A stretch of DNA of 61,525 bases, filler included, from Sphacelaria rigidula (GCA_964200075.2; 9 parts of 9 records of this genome joined end to end with filler, not necessarily neighbours in it); one strand, 5' to 3'. Counted from the whole stretch's first letter, positions 25,600-38,483 are shown. The notes: generated from the letters alone by a model not told the origin. Translations and numbers: made by a program.

Positions 25600-26160
25600 G
25601 GATAGTGTGATGATTCCCTTTTTCTCGTTTGTGCTCGAAGTCTGCTGTCTGCTTACCTTCTCCTATTATCTTGACTCGATAACCCGATCCGTCGATATGT
25701 CTATCCACAGCGAGTACGTGTCGGTACATGTTGCTCGGAGGGCCACCTCGTGTCCAACACATGCCGACACGGACCCAACGTACGTTAAGGCCTCGATACT
25801 CCCAATCAGAGCACACGTCAAGACCCGAATGGGTGCTGTCTGTGATGCAAAGTATCGATATGTATCGAAAACCTCAGCGACCCATCGAGGATGTGGCTCC
25901 TGCTCACCATGTTGTACCGTCCAAGGGCAAGTTGGGAGCATGCCGAGAGGAGGTTGGAAGGGTGCGGTCTGTGGAGAAGCGCTTTTGCCGTACAACATCA
26001 GAAAAACTGATTTCACGCCAGCGGTAATACCACTGTTAACAAAGACATGTGACACTTTGTCATCAGCGTGGGAGCAACTGATCAGACAGGATTGCAGCCA
26101 GTCTCGGTCACGTCGAACAATAGGAAGAGCAAGAGTGGTCCATGTAGTGGTACATAAAGT
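25600..26160 (+). pseudogene. Possible decayed piggyBac-like transposase C-terminus
   Basis: PFFSFVLEVCC (cf. W..LFF.LLD...NA), then HHVVP...C and YHC*QRHVTLC resembling the Cys-rich domain; frameshifted. Confidence 0.3.
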
Positions 26161-26207
26161 AAGTTTCTACGAGCTGGGCCAGCCGAGAAGCGAATTTGTA
26201 GTTTGCA

Positions 26208-26481
26208 GGCCCATTGTACGGCCAATGTTTAGAGTGGGAGCCTGAAATTTGGTGTGGACAATGAAGAGAGTATAATTGAAACAATTACCAGTGCACACAA
26301 GAGCTTCTTTTTCCGTGAGTTGGAGGCATTTTACTGATACCTGAAAACTGATGATTGCCCTTAACTCATGGAAGGAAAATAAAAACCCTTGTGTGCACTG
26401 GTTATTGTTTTTATTATGCCCTATTCATTGTCCATACCAAATATCGGGGTCCAACTCTACATAGTGGCCGTACAATGGGCC
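26208..26481. mobile_element. Fully palindromic 274-bp MITE/foldback
   Basis: Perfect 17-bp termini GGCCCATTGTACGGCCA / TGGCCGTACAATGGGCC; arms continue inward (CCAGTGCACACAAG / CTTGTGTGCACTGG). Confidence 0.85.
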
Positions 26482-27292
26482 GTTTAGTGACGGGATCAGA
26501 ATAAATTCGGAACAGTATTTTGCAGGCCACTTACCTGCTTACGTTTGGTGTTTGTGTATTGAAATTTTTTGTGGGCCGTGGCTAGGGCATAATTGACGAG
26601 ACGAAGTGGGTCAGGTTGGTTGGTTACTATTTTTTCACTGGTTTAGGGCGTTTGAGCATGGAAACCGCCATTTTTTTCGAGAACGCCCAAACCTCTCCCA
26701 AGAAAACAAACAAACTGAGAGCCCATTTCGTTTTTTAATCAGCATACCTTTGTGGTTCTTTATCCTGAGTCTCGAATCAAAATTCTAAAAACTGAGCTGA
26801 AAATTTGAGATAAGGCCCAAAAGCAGTGTTCATTTCTCCTCAAAACTGCCCCAGAAACCCGACAAAAGTGAAGAAGAAACGAAAAAATCGAGAAAGCTGT
26901 GTTTCAAAGCTTTCTTATGCACTAGCGGTTCTTCGTACAAAATTTCGAAGCATAACTCTCGAAAATCGAGACGCGACATCGAGATTTAGTTGATCTAGTG
27001 CGTCTGCTCGTGATATACTGCTTTTAAAACGGAAAGTCATGTGCGCCATATCTCGAGATAGATTACGAACTAGGTGAAGGCACTGGTTTTCACTTCTCGC
27101 ATGAAGAAGCAAAATGCGAAGTGATGGTTGCTTTTGCTCTGAAACCCAGTCGTTTCAGTTCAGTATGTCATCTTTCTGAGCTACCGCTTGGAAGATGGGT
27201 CAAAGTTGACTGAGAATGAAGTAGGATTCCACGGTTAGGACAAATCATCACGACTCGAAATCGCCAAATTCACGATTTCTTCTGCCTGATTG

Positions 27293-27392
27293 NNNNNNNN
27301 NNNNNNNNNNNNNNNNNNNNNNNNNNNNNNNNNNNNTTAATTAATTAANNNNNNNNNNNNNNNNNNNNNNNNNNNNNNNNNNNNNNNNNNNN
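27293..27392. other. Artificial contig linker
   Basis: 44 N + TTAATTAATTAA + 44 N. Confidence 0.99.
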
Positions 27393-28023
27393 GAGGTCAA
27401 TGGTCTTATGACTATGGCATGCATGACCATGAGTACACCCCTGTACCTTCCCCCCCCCCCAGAACTCCAACGCGTGCCCAGCATTGACATCTTGTCATAA
27501 TCTAATTTTTATGTGGACATATATCTCCATTTTTATTTGTTTCAGTCAGTTAGCATCGCGTACGTCGTGTGGTTCTTGTGAGCCCGAACATAGCGTCGTC
27601 AGGACCTCTGCTCGGGAGATATGATCTTTACCCCTTAGTTCACCTAACTCACGGGCCAGAGGAAGCATGTCAGCAATATGTGAAGTGGAGAGAGCACCAG
27701 CTCTGTTCAATTGACGTGTGGTGAAATCCTTTTATTCCTCCTTCATGTCGCGACATAAGCTGCGCGGGTGCGTTATGACCAAACTGACGTGTTTATCGGA
27801 CGTTGACAGTGAGATGCGGCTGGTATATGTGCGAATTGCTGCCGACCCTAAAGCGGAACGAATCTTAGCTAAATGAGTAGTAGGCTGTCGCTTCCACTTG
27901 CTTCGCACTTTTCGTTGCGTTTTGTGCACTTCATCGAAACGTCAATAATCGTCGTTTCTCTTGTGGTGTATGGTAAGGACTACTTGCATACACTTTTTCT
28001 TGATTTTCGTCATAACGCCTCAT

Positions 28024-28400
28024 GGACAGGGCGGGTAGGGTATGTACTTTTGAATACTCGCGTAAAATACTCGGGTATTTACTTCACCCGAGTTTTGGGT
28101 AGGCTGCGTACGGCCTCAACTACCCTACCCAAATTGTGGATAGGTTGGATACGACCTCAAACATTCCACCCAAATGTTGGGTAGGTACTCTCAGCAATAC
28201 CTGGGTATAGAGTATCACTTTGGTATGACCTAAATACTCTACCCAAAATTTGGGTGCGTTGCGTGCGATCTAAAATACTGCACCCAACTTTTGGGTAGAT
28301 TGGGTACGATCTCAACACTCTACACAAATGTTTGTGTATTAAGTATGGCTTTTCAAAATACCGAATATTGGGTATATGACCTACCCAACCTGCCCTTGTG
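28024..28400. mobile_element. MITE-like element with internal ACCCAAA.TTTGGGT palindromic units
   Basis: Imperfect terminal IR (AGGGCGGGTAGGGTA / TACCCAACCTGCCCT) and about 6 internal units. Confidence 0.6.
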
Positions 28401-28772
28401 GTGTTTCGTCGAATGCGACGTTAGCGCGCCATCAGAATGGGGAACTCACAGCGGAATATTCTACAGCTCAACAATGCCATCGCGCAGAGCAGCCTCGGCG
28501 CTATTTCTCTCTTCTTCGACAAATTCAACGATGCCGGCTGATCTTTATGCTGACGCAGGTCGCCCGCGCGCTTTACACTGGGGCTCAAGATCTCACCGCT
28601 TGTTGCCGGCGAGCACCTGAGCCACGGCTGCACCGAGGCCGACACCGACACCGCGGCGGCCGTCCCAAGGCCTAATTTCCTGCCACGCCCAGCGGGTGAA
28701 CCGGTCTGCATCGGGGCTGACGGCTGCGGCCAGCTTCTGGTCATCGCCGGGTGCGAGCCGGACGCAGAGCAA

Positions 28773-28878
28773 CGGCTGCTCTGGCGAGCCGGTGGCGTGC
28801 AGTACCCCATGGAGGGCAGAGAGAGCGGCTGCTCTGGCGCCCCGGTGGCGTGCAGCACCCCATGAGGGGCAGAGAGAG
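28773..28878. repeat. 53-bp tandem duplication within a GC-rich coding-like segment
   Basis: CGGCTGCTCTGGCG starts at 28773 and at 28826. Confidence 0.85.
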
Positions 28879-30758
28879 GGGCATTGCGTGGTGCACGTGC
28901 TTTCCACCGCCAGGGAGATTGTTCGTGAGGGTTCTACTCCGGGAGCGGAAGAGGAAACGTAGTCGTCTGGGGTAGAGACAGAAGAGGACGCGGGTGCGGC
29001 GGACGAGGTAAGCTTCGTAGAAACCGTTCCCACGGAAACGGCCGGAGTGGCTTTGGGGAGAATTCCAGTGAGTTGGACAGTGTTGACTCGCGCGTACTCT
29101 ATCGCTGGCCTGCGCGCAAAGTTCACACCGATTATTTCCCCCCTCCCCGTTGGTCGTATTCCATCTCCAAGACAAGCACGTATTCAAATCTGTGCTTTTT
29201 CTCTGCATGTCATGGTCGGAGCTAACTTCAACAGTATGCATGTCCCGCTAATACACCTGGTCCGAGTCCTGCACCCCTTGAATACCGCCCGCCGTCCCCC
29301 TGCCCCCCCTATATGTACCCGCCAGCCCTGCTCCGCCAAACTCTAAACGAAACAGGCCCGCGTGACGATGGATCAACCTTGTGTAAAGCGGAGGTCGAAA
29401 AGCAAGTATTCCGCGGGGCAAAAAGGCTTCAGGCGACAACCTACACGATGCGGGAGTGATTGTCGATCCCATCCGCGGTACCAAAATGTAGGGCGTGTAC
29501 CGGGGGGGACATGGCTCAGCTCCTTGCAGACCACGGACTCGTCCCAAGGAAGGGATTTGAAAACACGAGCATGGAATGGTATAGCTGAAGAAAACTCGGC
29601 GTAACTGCCAGTATCCGTGATAGCTCTCTGTCCTGGTTGTCGAGTTCCCACAACCCTCGTTAACCTCGACCCCTGCTTATGGTGGTAGCGTTTAATCGAG
29701 CTTCGAGCCGTCGAAAGGCCCCCGTGGTCTTCATGGCGAATTCAAATTCCGTCCCTTTCATTTCCAGTTCAAACCCCAGCTGTCGTTCAAATACTCTCGG
29801 GGAACTCCTCGTCCGGTTTCCACGTGCACGCGTACTCCAGCCCAATCATCGACTACGACCGCAACCGTGGGCGTTACAAACATGGGTAAGATTGCTCTTC
29901 TTCGCAGACCCTCAAAAGCTCGAGAGGGTTGTTGTTACAACAGTTGCTGCGCTTGCAGTTTCCCTCACGCGGTTTTAGTCAAGGGGTGTGCATATTATTA
30001 ACGCGTCCATTCCTTCTCCACAGACGGTAAGTGCGGGTTCCTCAACTAGTTCAAGCACAAGGTCAATTTCTAGACTTACTCTATGACTACATTCTTTCGG
30101 AGAAGGGTGACGCCGCGAGGCCCCTCCCTGCAGCATTTGAAAAAACCGGCCACGAAAAAATGGCAGTACGGCGTATCGAGATGATGGATGGGATCAGAAA
30201 CCAGATCCTACGATGTGTTATATAAGGAAAGCAGATCGCAGGTTTCAGGAAACAGTTTTTCGGACATGTTTTTGAAGAAGGTAAATGTAGCTGGCTTTGG
30301 GAAATGAGGTCTAAACATCTCACGTGTAGATTTTGCCTCGGTCCCCAATACGCTTTTTTGTTGGGGGGCACCGTGGCATCACTAAGGAGTCGGGGGAAAT
30401 ATTCCAACCGGTCGGAAACAGTAGAATGAATATTTTGAACAATGCCACGTTAGGACGTTAGGATCATTATGACATGACTGTTGTTCAGACTTTTTGGATT
30501 TTTCCGGGAATTTTTGCGACTCTTCAGTGAAAAGGTGCTGAAAAAAAAACCAAGTTATATTTTCCGAGTGATCGATGTAGTCAGTCTTGAACTGTTCTAT
30601 GCCTTGACCTGGTTGAGAAATCTGCTGTCGTATTTTCCGGAGAAAAATATTTTTCCCGAAAAAGTAGGAAAAGTCTTGAAAAACAGCCCCGTTACAAACA
30701 GCTCTCCGGCGCACCATTAACGGTACTTTTTTTTCAGACTTTCCCCCTCCCTCCCCCC

Positions 30759-33715
30759 ATACCGAACTGGAAAGAAATCCGGTGGAAGCGAAGATTATAG
30801 AAAGATGGGAGCAGTTGGTCAAGAACACAGCGAGTAAAGTCATACAGAATAAGCTGATCGTATGCTACAGAACAGTAGAACGGTGGGATAAAGAAGTAAA
30901 AGAGGCCATAAGAGTAAGGGGAGAAGCCCACGCGAGATGGATATCGAGTAAAACCACGGCAGGATGGAAGGAGTATACTAAAAAAGCTTGACAGGAAGTG
31001 AAGGCGATGGTACGGAAGAAAAGTAGTGAAGTATGGTAAGATGTAGTGGACGAAACAAATGGGAACTTCGATGGCGGGATGAAACAAATGGGGGTAGGGA
31101 TATATGGGATAACGGGGAACCAGGCCGGAAATATAAACAACGGGATGGCCACACTCCGGGCACAGAACAGTAAAATGGTCAGTAGCTCGACGGGGAAGAG
31201 AGAAGAGCTAGTCGAGCACTACCGTAAACTAGGAACACCAAAACCTGAGACGAAGGTCGAAATTCGAAAAATAAATCAACGAGTGGGCAGAGGCAAATGT
31301 AGAGACGTCACAACGGGAGGATGGAGACTCGAAATAATTGCAGAGAGAATTCACTAGAGATAAAGTAAAGGAGTGCGTAGCTAAACTCAAGAACAGAGAG
31401 GCAGCAGAGGCAAATGAATTAGTGAATGAGTTTCTGAAGTACGCGGGGAAGGGAATGATAACCACGATGGTTATGCTGTACAACTGGACATGGGAGAACG
31501 AGTACACACCTAAGAGGTGGAGAGAGGGAGTAGCCGTCAATACTTCCAAAAACGGAGACAAGGCTCACCCAGGAAAATACAGAGGGATAACGCTACTGAG
31601 CACGGCAGGACAAACGTTCTCTAAGGTCCTGAACGATAGAGTAGGAACGATGCTAGAAAAGGAAGACAAAATCAACGAGGGGCAAGCAGGATTTAGATCA
31701 AACCGTAGTAGAGTAGACCATGTGTACACACTAGGTAAGAATATTCGGGGTAGGAAAGGTGCCGGGCTGACAACGTGCTGTTTCTTTCTGGACGTGCAAA
31801 AGGCTTATGACACAGTATGAAGAAATGGGTTGTGGAAAAAGTTGTGGGAAGTTGGGATCAAAAGGAAGATGTGGAGGATGGTGGAGAAGATGACAGAATG
31901 TGCCAAAAGTGCCATGATGCTAGACGAACTATTTTGATATTTTACAAGGAGTTGCACAAGGATGTACGTTATCACCTACTTTGTTTAAGATATTTATTAA
32001 TGACTTGATACTAGCAATAGAAGCAGCAAAGCAAGGGGTCAAGGTGGGTAAAGATATGGTGTCAGGATTGATGTTCGCGAATGATGTTGTGGAGATTTCA
32101 CAAACACCAGAAGGACTACAGAAACAGATGGACAAGGCACTAGAACACACTAGGAAATGGAGAGTGACAATGAACGTTAACAAATGCGCGGTACTCGTCT
32201 GTAACGAATATGAGAAAAATCCGGTAGAGTTCAAGTGGAAGTGGCGAGAAGAGGAACTGTCGATCGTAGACCAGTACAGATACCTTGGTGTAGAGATCTC
32301 AAAACACTGTTCTTAGGATGCACACATAAACAAAGTAGTAGAAAAAGGGTAAGGCACAAATAGGCAGGATGAACGTGACCTTCAGAGACTGGCACCTAGA
32401 CACTAGGATTAAGAGACGACTGATGCTACGGGAGGGGTACATAAATATTTTCTGAGGTTAGAATTGTTAGGAGCCGTACATCTCATTCCAAACACGACTT
32501 ATGAAAATACGCGAGAGTACGCCAGGATTACTATTCCAATGTGCTGAGGATATCCCGAATAAATTTGAAAACGGGGATGCCCTGACCCATATCCTTGTGC
32601 GTCTAGGATCGTTAGGAGCCCCTGAACCAGACAAACTTTCGCGAAAAAAGTGCACCCCTACCGTAGCATTGCTCAGACGTATCCTGATGAGCGTGATTGT
32701 ACTAAAGCTGGAATATGCAGGAGAGGTATGGGAAGAGAACGTGAAGTTGATGAACAAGTTGGAAACAGTACGGAACGGCAGCAGCTGAGAAAGTACTCGG
32801 ATGCTCGAAAACGACGAGTAATGCAGCATTGAGAGCAGAGTTGGGAATGTGCTCACTTAAAACAAACAGAGACATGAGGAACTTGAGATGGCAATAGAGC
32901 GTAAAGAACATGCAGAGAAGGAGACTGTCAGCCATAGTTGATAAGGCTGTATGGAAGAAAAGTGCGGAAGGACATGCTGTAAGGTGGGACAAAGAAGTCG
33001 AGAAAGTATGAAAGGAGATAAAAGGAAACCAAGACGAAATATTGTTCATGGGTGAAGGCGCGGGGTACAAGACAAAAGTAAAAGACATATGATAGAAATC
33101 AGGCGGAAAGGAGCGCTCAGACGCAAGGTAGATAAGAAAGAACACCTCAATATATACGGGGGGTTGAAAGAGGGGATCGGAATGAAAACATATTTTCATG
33201 GCCCCATGGACGCGGCGAAAAAGTTGAAACTGCGATTTCGGGTGGGGGACCTGGACGTGCCAGGGAGAAGAAGGGGATATACCAGTAGTCGAAAGAAGGA
33301 GGAAGTAGATAGACAGAACTGCCTCTGTGGCAAAGCAATAGAGAGCAGCAAGTCATATAGTTGCAGAATGTGAACTATACAAGGAGGAACGGGACGTGCT
33401 AGAGGGGGGAATGCAAGACGTGAACGAAGGCGGTATGAAATCGTTTGATGTATTAGACAGTAGCTAGTAAACGATGGTTATACTAGGAGATAGATGATGA
33501 CCACAGACGGTGAAACAGGACGGGGATAAGTTATGTGAAAGGTTTTCGTGCTTTGTATGGAAGAAACGTAATGAGCGCCGGGATGTTGGAGGTGTCTCTA
33601 TAAGGAGTAGAAACGGTGCTCCGTCTCGAAAGGGATGCATGGTCAATGGTCAAACAACTAAGGCAGGCAACAAAAGAGTACGCCCCCACTCCCTCCCCCC
33701 TCACCCCACCCCCCC
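30759..33715 (+). mobile_element. 5'-truncated, decayed LINE (non-LTR retrotransposon) ORF2 with C-rich 3' tail
   Basis: RT motifs YRGITLLS, QAGFR, FLDVQKAYDTV, GVAQGCTLSPTLF, FAND (FADD), YRYLG. C-terminal CLC..H..C knuckle. Ends GAGTACG followed by a C-tract. Confidence 0.95.
32418..32674. mobile_element. 257-bp MITE inserted in the LINE, 4-bp TSD AGAC
   Basis: TIR ATGCTACGGGAGGGGTACA / TGCACCCCTACCGTAGCAT. Removing it restores the LINE frame DTRIKRRILMSVIV. Confidence 0.88.
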
Positions 33716-33983
33716 GAAAATTTGAAATGGTTCCGACTTCATCAAAACATCATCGCTGAAGAATGGAATCGAAGGCACATTTTCGGAGTAATCTGTAGTC
33801 AGTCCTGGATTGATCTAGTAGTGCCCGACCAAGTTGAGAAATCTGCCGTCCAATTTTTCGGAGAGGAAGAATGTGGGAGATTTCGTCTGGGAAAATGTCC
33901 CGTTACCGATAAATCAGGGTCATTCATTCTGCTTGACACCGTTTTTTTCAAACACAATCGCATCGCGGTTGTCCTAGGTCATC

Positions 33984-34072
33984 TGTGTGTGTGTGTGTTG
34001 TCGTCCAATATATTTATTTTGGACGCCGGTCTACACCTTTCGGTATGTGTTGGCGCACCAGCCGGGGTCATA
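33984..34072 (-). mobile_element. (CA)n-tailed non-LTR element 3' end
   Basis: Homologous to 23814-23928. Confidence 0.7.
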
Positions 34073-34139
34073 CGAGCCTGTTTTTTTTGTAGAGTCAACC
34101 CCCCCCCCCCCCCCCCCCCTCCCTGCCGCCACCCACACG

Positions 34140-34239
34140 NNNNNNNNNNNNNNNNNNNNNNNNNNNNNNNNNNNNNNNNNNNNTTAATTAATTAANNNNN
34201 NNNNNNNNNNNNNNNNNNNNNNNNNNNNNNNNNNNNNNN
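34140..34239. other. Artificial contig linker
   Basis: 44 N + TTAATTAATTAA + 44 N. Confidence 0.99.
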
Positions 34240-34683
34240 ACAAACACATATCCTTCAAAATGAAGCTTGTCCCATGTTGCATTGTTCGCATCTTGTTATT
34301 AGTATTCACAGTTAGTTACGGAAATCATCATTGCTGTCTCCCGATTGTGAAAGGACCAAAGGACCGCAATAAAAATTGGGCGCACCGGCTTAGCTTACAG
34401 TAGGCGCCCGCACTTAAGGACCGCTTATTTTGCGTGAGGCTCAAGGCTTATGTTTTCTCCCAACCCGAACACCTGTTCTTTTGCCTAGTTCTTATTTTGG
34501 CCAGGCACTTGTCCCTGTAAACGTGGGTTCTTGTTTTTATTTCAACACCCAGTGCTCCAGGAGGTATGGCAACGTCCGTTCGTGGTGAACTACAGGACTC
34601 AGAGTACTTGACATGAGTATTAAATAGGGTCTTGCTATTTACGTCAACGTTGACGTAATCCCTTACATCCGTCAACGTTGACG

Positions 34684-35051
34684 TGCCATGGTTCGATACT
34701 TACCACCTAGGTAGGAAGATGCCAGTTCAGTGGGCACCGGGGGCTAGCGGGCCCAAACACAATCATTAGTATCGAAGCCATTGAGCTCGACGGTACCAGG
34801 GTAGAGTCAGTCATGTTCGCAGCGTCGCGCTGCATACTCGATGGGCCGCTCAGACGCCAGAGCAACATATGTTGCATAGAGGACAGGCTTCCATTTAGTG
34901 AAGACCAGTGAATCCTCTGAGATCGCAGTCCGTGATGGCGTAGATGCTCTTGTATTATTGGTGTACAGGCTAACTTGTGCTTTGCTAGTTGAGATACATA
35001 GTCCAAAACGCTGTGACAGATGGGGGCAGCCGGCTCGATCCAATCATGACA
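34684..35051 (-). repeat. LTR (368 bp), direct repeat of 40526-40890
   Basis: TG(C/T)CATG...ACA termini; near-identical to the second copy. Confidence 0.85.
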
Positions 35052-36049
35052 AAGTATGACACATGGGAACCTAATCGACTGGACAATGAACAATAAATCT
35101 GTTACATCCCCCTAGCCATATTTATATGGCTAAACAACAATTTATTGGAGGGCTGGAAGGGTCAGAACAAAAACAAAGCCCGTGCATCATACGCCTGAAA
35201 GTAAAACGAGAAAAACCTGCTGAATTACAGTACAGGGGAGAACTCGTTGAAGATCTAATGAATGGATAAACCCTGATAAGCGGGGAAAAACTCCATCCGT
35301 TGGGAAAGGAAAAAATCTATAACGCTATTTCCAACGACAGAAACAGCAGACAAGTACGGTTGCTGTCGCTTTCCCTGGATCTCACTTACACTGGAGAACG
35401 ATCGGCTAGTTAGCGTGATCGCGCGTCGACACTCCGGATCAGTGACACTGGATTCTGAGGTAGTGCGGGGCTTGAACCTCACTAAAAACAATCTTTCCAC
35501 GAACTGATCATTAGTTACAGGAGTGCAGCTTTTGAGGGGCGCTCTTCTGTAAGTACTGACACCTATTATACTGGAAATGGAGCCCACGCACCTTGGCTCA
35601 CACATGTGCCCGTATGTTACCAAATGGGGAGCAATCAATAACAAAGCGACAAAAGAAGAAGACCAGAACACTCGAAATTCATGACTGAAGCGTACGGTAG
35701 CAGCGATATATAGTTACTCATACCCTTATTTCATCACCACATTCCTCTCGCAATAATACCATGTACGACATCACACAACAGGTATTCGTAAACGTCCATG
35801 GCTACAGTCTCTCTTTAGTTCCTTCGTTCCAGCTTGGGGCGCTCGACTTCCCGGCGAGAAAGCTGTTTCCAGTCTCCACCTAGTATCGTATTCGCCGAAA
35901 GAAATTCCCATAATCATAGTGGTGCTTTAGCTTGGCACTGCTATAGCCTTTCCAGGAGGTAGCACTTATGGGCAAAAGCTTCAAGACATCACTACGTGGG
36001 GAAGCGGGGTGCTTCGAGTGCGATGGCGGGGTCGAAGAAACTGTGGGGT

Positions 36050-36528
36050 GATACAGGTGCAAAAGGCTCATGACGCAGTATGGGGCAATGGACTGTGGGA
36101 AGATATATGAGGAACTGTGACCAAAGGAAAGGTGTGGACGATGCAGACGACAGAAATGTGCCAAAAGTGTGATGATGCTAGACAGGAAAATATCGAAATA
36201 TTTCGATATTTTGCAAGGAGTCGCAACAAGATTATGTTTTCACCCTCTCTACTCGAGGTATTCTTTGATGACCTGATACTAGCATTAGACATGGCAAAGC
36301 AAGGGGTGAAGTTACTGAAGAAATTGGAAACAGTGCAGCTAGCAGCAGCTGAAAGAATACTTGGATGCAATAAAATTATTGAAGAAGATGGAAACCGTGC
36401 AGATTGCAACAGCTCAGAGAAGACTTGGTTGCAGTGAAGTTGGTCAAGAAGTTGGGAACAGTGCAGATTACAGCAGCTAACGAAATTACTTGGATGATCG
36501 AAACAGTTGAGTACGCCCCCCCCCCCCC
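36050..36528 (+). mobile_element. Internally deleted fragment of the poly(C)-tailed LINE family
   Basis: Patches homologous to 31790-32045 and 32740-32810; ends TGAGTACG(C)13. Confidence 0.8.
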
Positions 36529-38483
36529 TTTGAAGTCTTTCCCTTTTCCCCACCCGTCAATGCCTGAAATAACGTAGAATTCTCGACAATCCAACATGGT
36601 ACAGATACAGGCAATGCAATCCAACACGGGGACAAATTCAGGGGTCAGGTGGAATGTGGGTGTAGCGTTCCAGTTTGGTCCCCCTCAAGGTTGGACGCAA
36701 ACACTTTGGGTATGAGGTGTTTCGGATGGGGTGGGCGGATATGGAAGGAACTTCTTGCTTTTGAGACAGCGGTGCTAGGTGTGTAATGTTTACGGCCAGT
36801 CCAGAGTTCGAAAGGAAATGTGTCAGACGGTAGCATGGCGTCGGGTCGTCGGGTAGGGTACGATTGCGCAAGAGTGTGCGTGAAACATACTCTCTTTGGG
36901 GCCAAGATTTGTACGATTCTGTAACCTTTTCAGCAGCCGTCCCCCTGGGGTCTTGAATCCTGTGAAACTGTAGACATCATCACGGCAAAAATAAAATAGA
37001 CAAGGCGTGCTGAATAAAGATATAATTATGAGGTACGTTGTACTAAATATACGGAGACAAAGCACAGAAATGACAAGTGTTGAAGTCTTGCTGCAGTTGT
37101 ATGGCACATGAGTTTGACAGCAAAAGGAGAGCGCGCTTTCACCTACATCGTGCAGCAATACTGTTGGCTTTCCTACTCATTTAGAATATCGGTCAGCGGG
37201 GCGACTAGAATGCTACGCTCCTGGACAAACTGTCCAGGGTACCCGGTGCGTTTGGAAACGAACGTAGTTTTCCGACTGTATGGACGCGACGTCTGAGCAA
37301 TTGCGTTGCGTTTGGAGGGGGCTGGTTGTATGCCGGTATTATCGATTGACAGGCTAAGGAACCTGTAAGGCCCTGAAGTAAAGATATATTTGGCGAATAT
37401 AGCGAATTTTACCAAACATACAATCGTGTAGTCGACAAACTTTGCCGGGGAAAGTTGGGTTAGCAACACCTCGGTCAAGAAGCTTGTGCATTTCTTTTCT
37501 GATCATGCGGCGTTCTTATGGTGGGAGGCCGCGTTGCTTTGTGGCAAAGAGTAAGCATCCGAGACAACATCCAGCAAAAAAATATGGAACTCGTGCTTCG
37601 CCCCCCCCAAGGGGGTTCAGCGACCACATCAGCGGAATGAGTGTCTGAAAACCATATGTGGGGTCTGTAAGAACTGTCAAAGACACGGTATGTAGTCGCG
37701 CAGTCAGCTTGCATGGTACGCTGGGCATGAAGGGCGAAAAGATAAAGCAGGGAAACTCAGTCTGCGTACTGCATAAGTAATGACAAGACACTGCACGGAA
37801 ATATTTGTGGTTGCATGGGATCGAAAGCCAAATTTAAAGCAACTGAACAAAGTAGTATCCAACTACGGTATCAGGAAGGGACAAGGTACTAGTCAACTAC
37901 GGTACAGGGTGCGTCGAGAAGTCAACCTGTTGAATAGCAAACCATACAATCGATCACCAGAGCGGGATAAAAATTGAGAGCATGTTTGGTGACACCAAGG
38001 CAATAACCCTGCCACCAGAATCCTATTAAAGGTACACGGGATTAGCTATACCAAACCAGATTGCTGACACTCCACGCCGGAACATACCGTCATGAGCAAA
38101 CCGTTTAATGTTTTCTGCGTGTCCTCCCCAAAGCAATCTCGTTCAGCACCGGCTCACACATCGGGATGCGCCACACCTAAGGCAAGAGTGTAGGTGAAAT
38201 AAGGGAGGAAGTAATAGAGGGCACGGTTACTATGCGTTGAAAATCTTGGAGTCCGTGAAAATGTGGCTCGGTTTTGTAGCACGTGACGCAGATCGAAATG
38301 TCGTGTGCCGGGCGGTAAATTCGGCGTTTCGGCCTTGCGAACCAGATAGATGAAACGATTACAAGCGGAATCCTGCTCAAGCATGATGCGTACAGGCAGC
38401 GCAACAGACAAGGCCCTGGGGGTATCCTACACCCGCACGGTCAAAGAAAGACATCACGAGCGCCTAACACAATACAAAATTAC

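Noticed and set aside
30024..30026. 3-nt microexon (CAG|ACG|GTAAGT)
   Set aside because: No flanking gene model in this contig to support it; it could be chance or the end of a longer exon.
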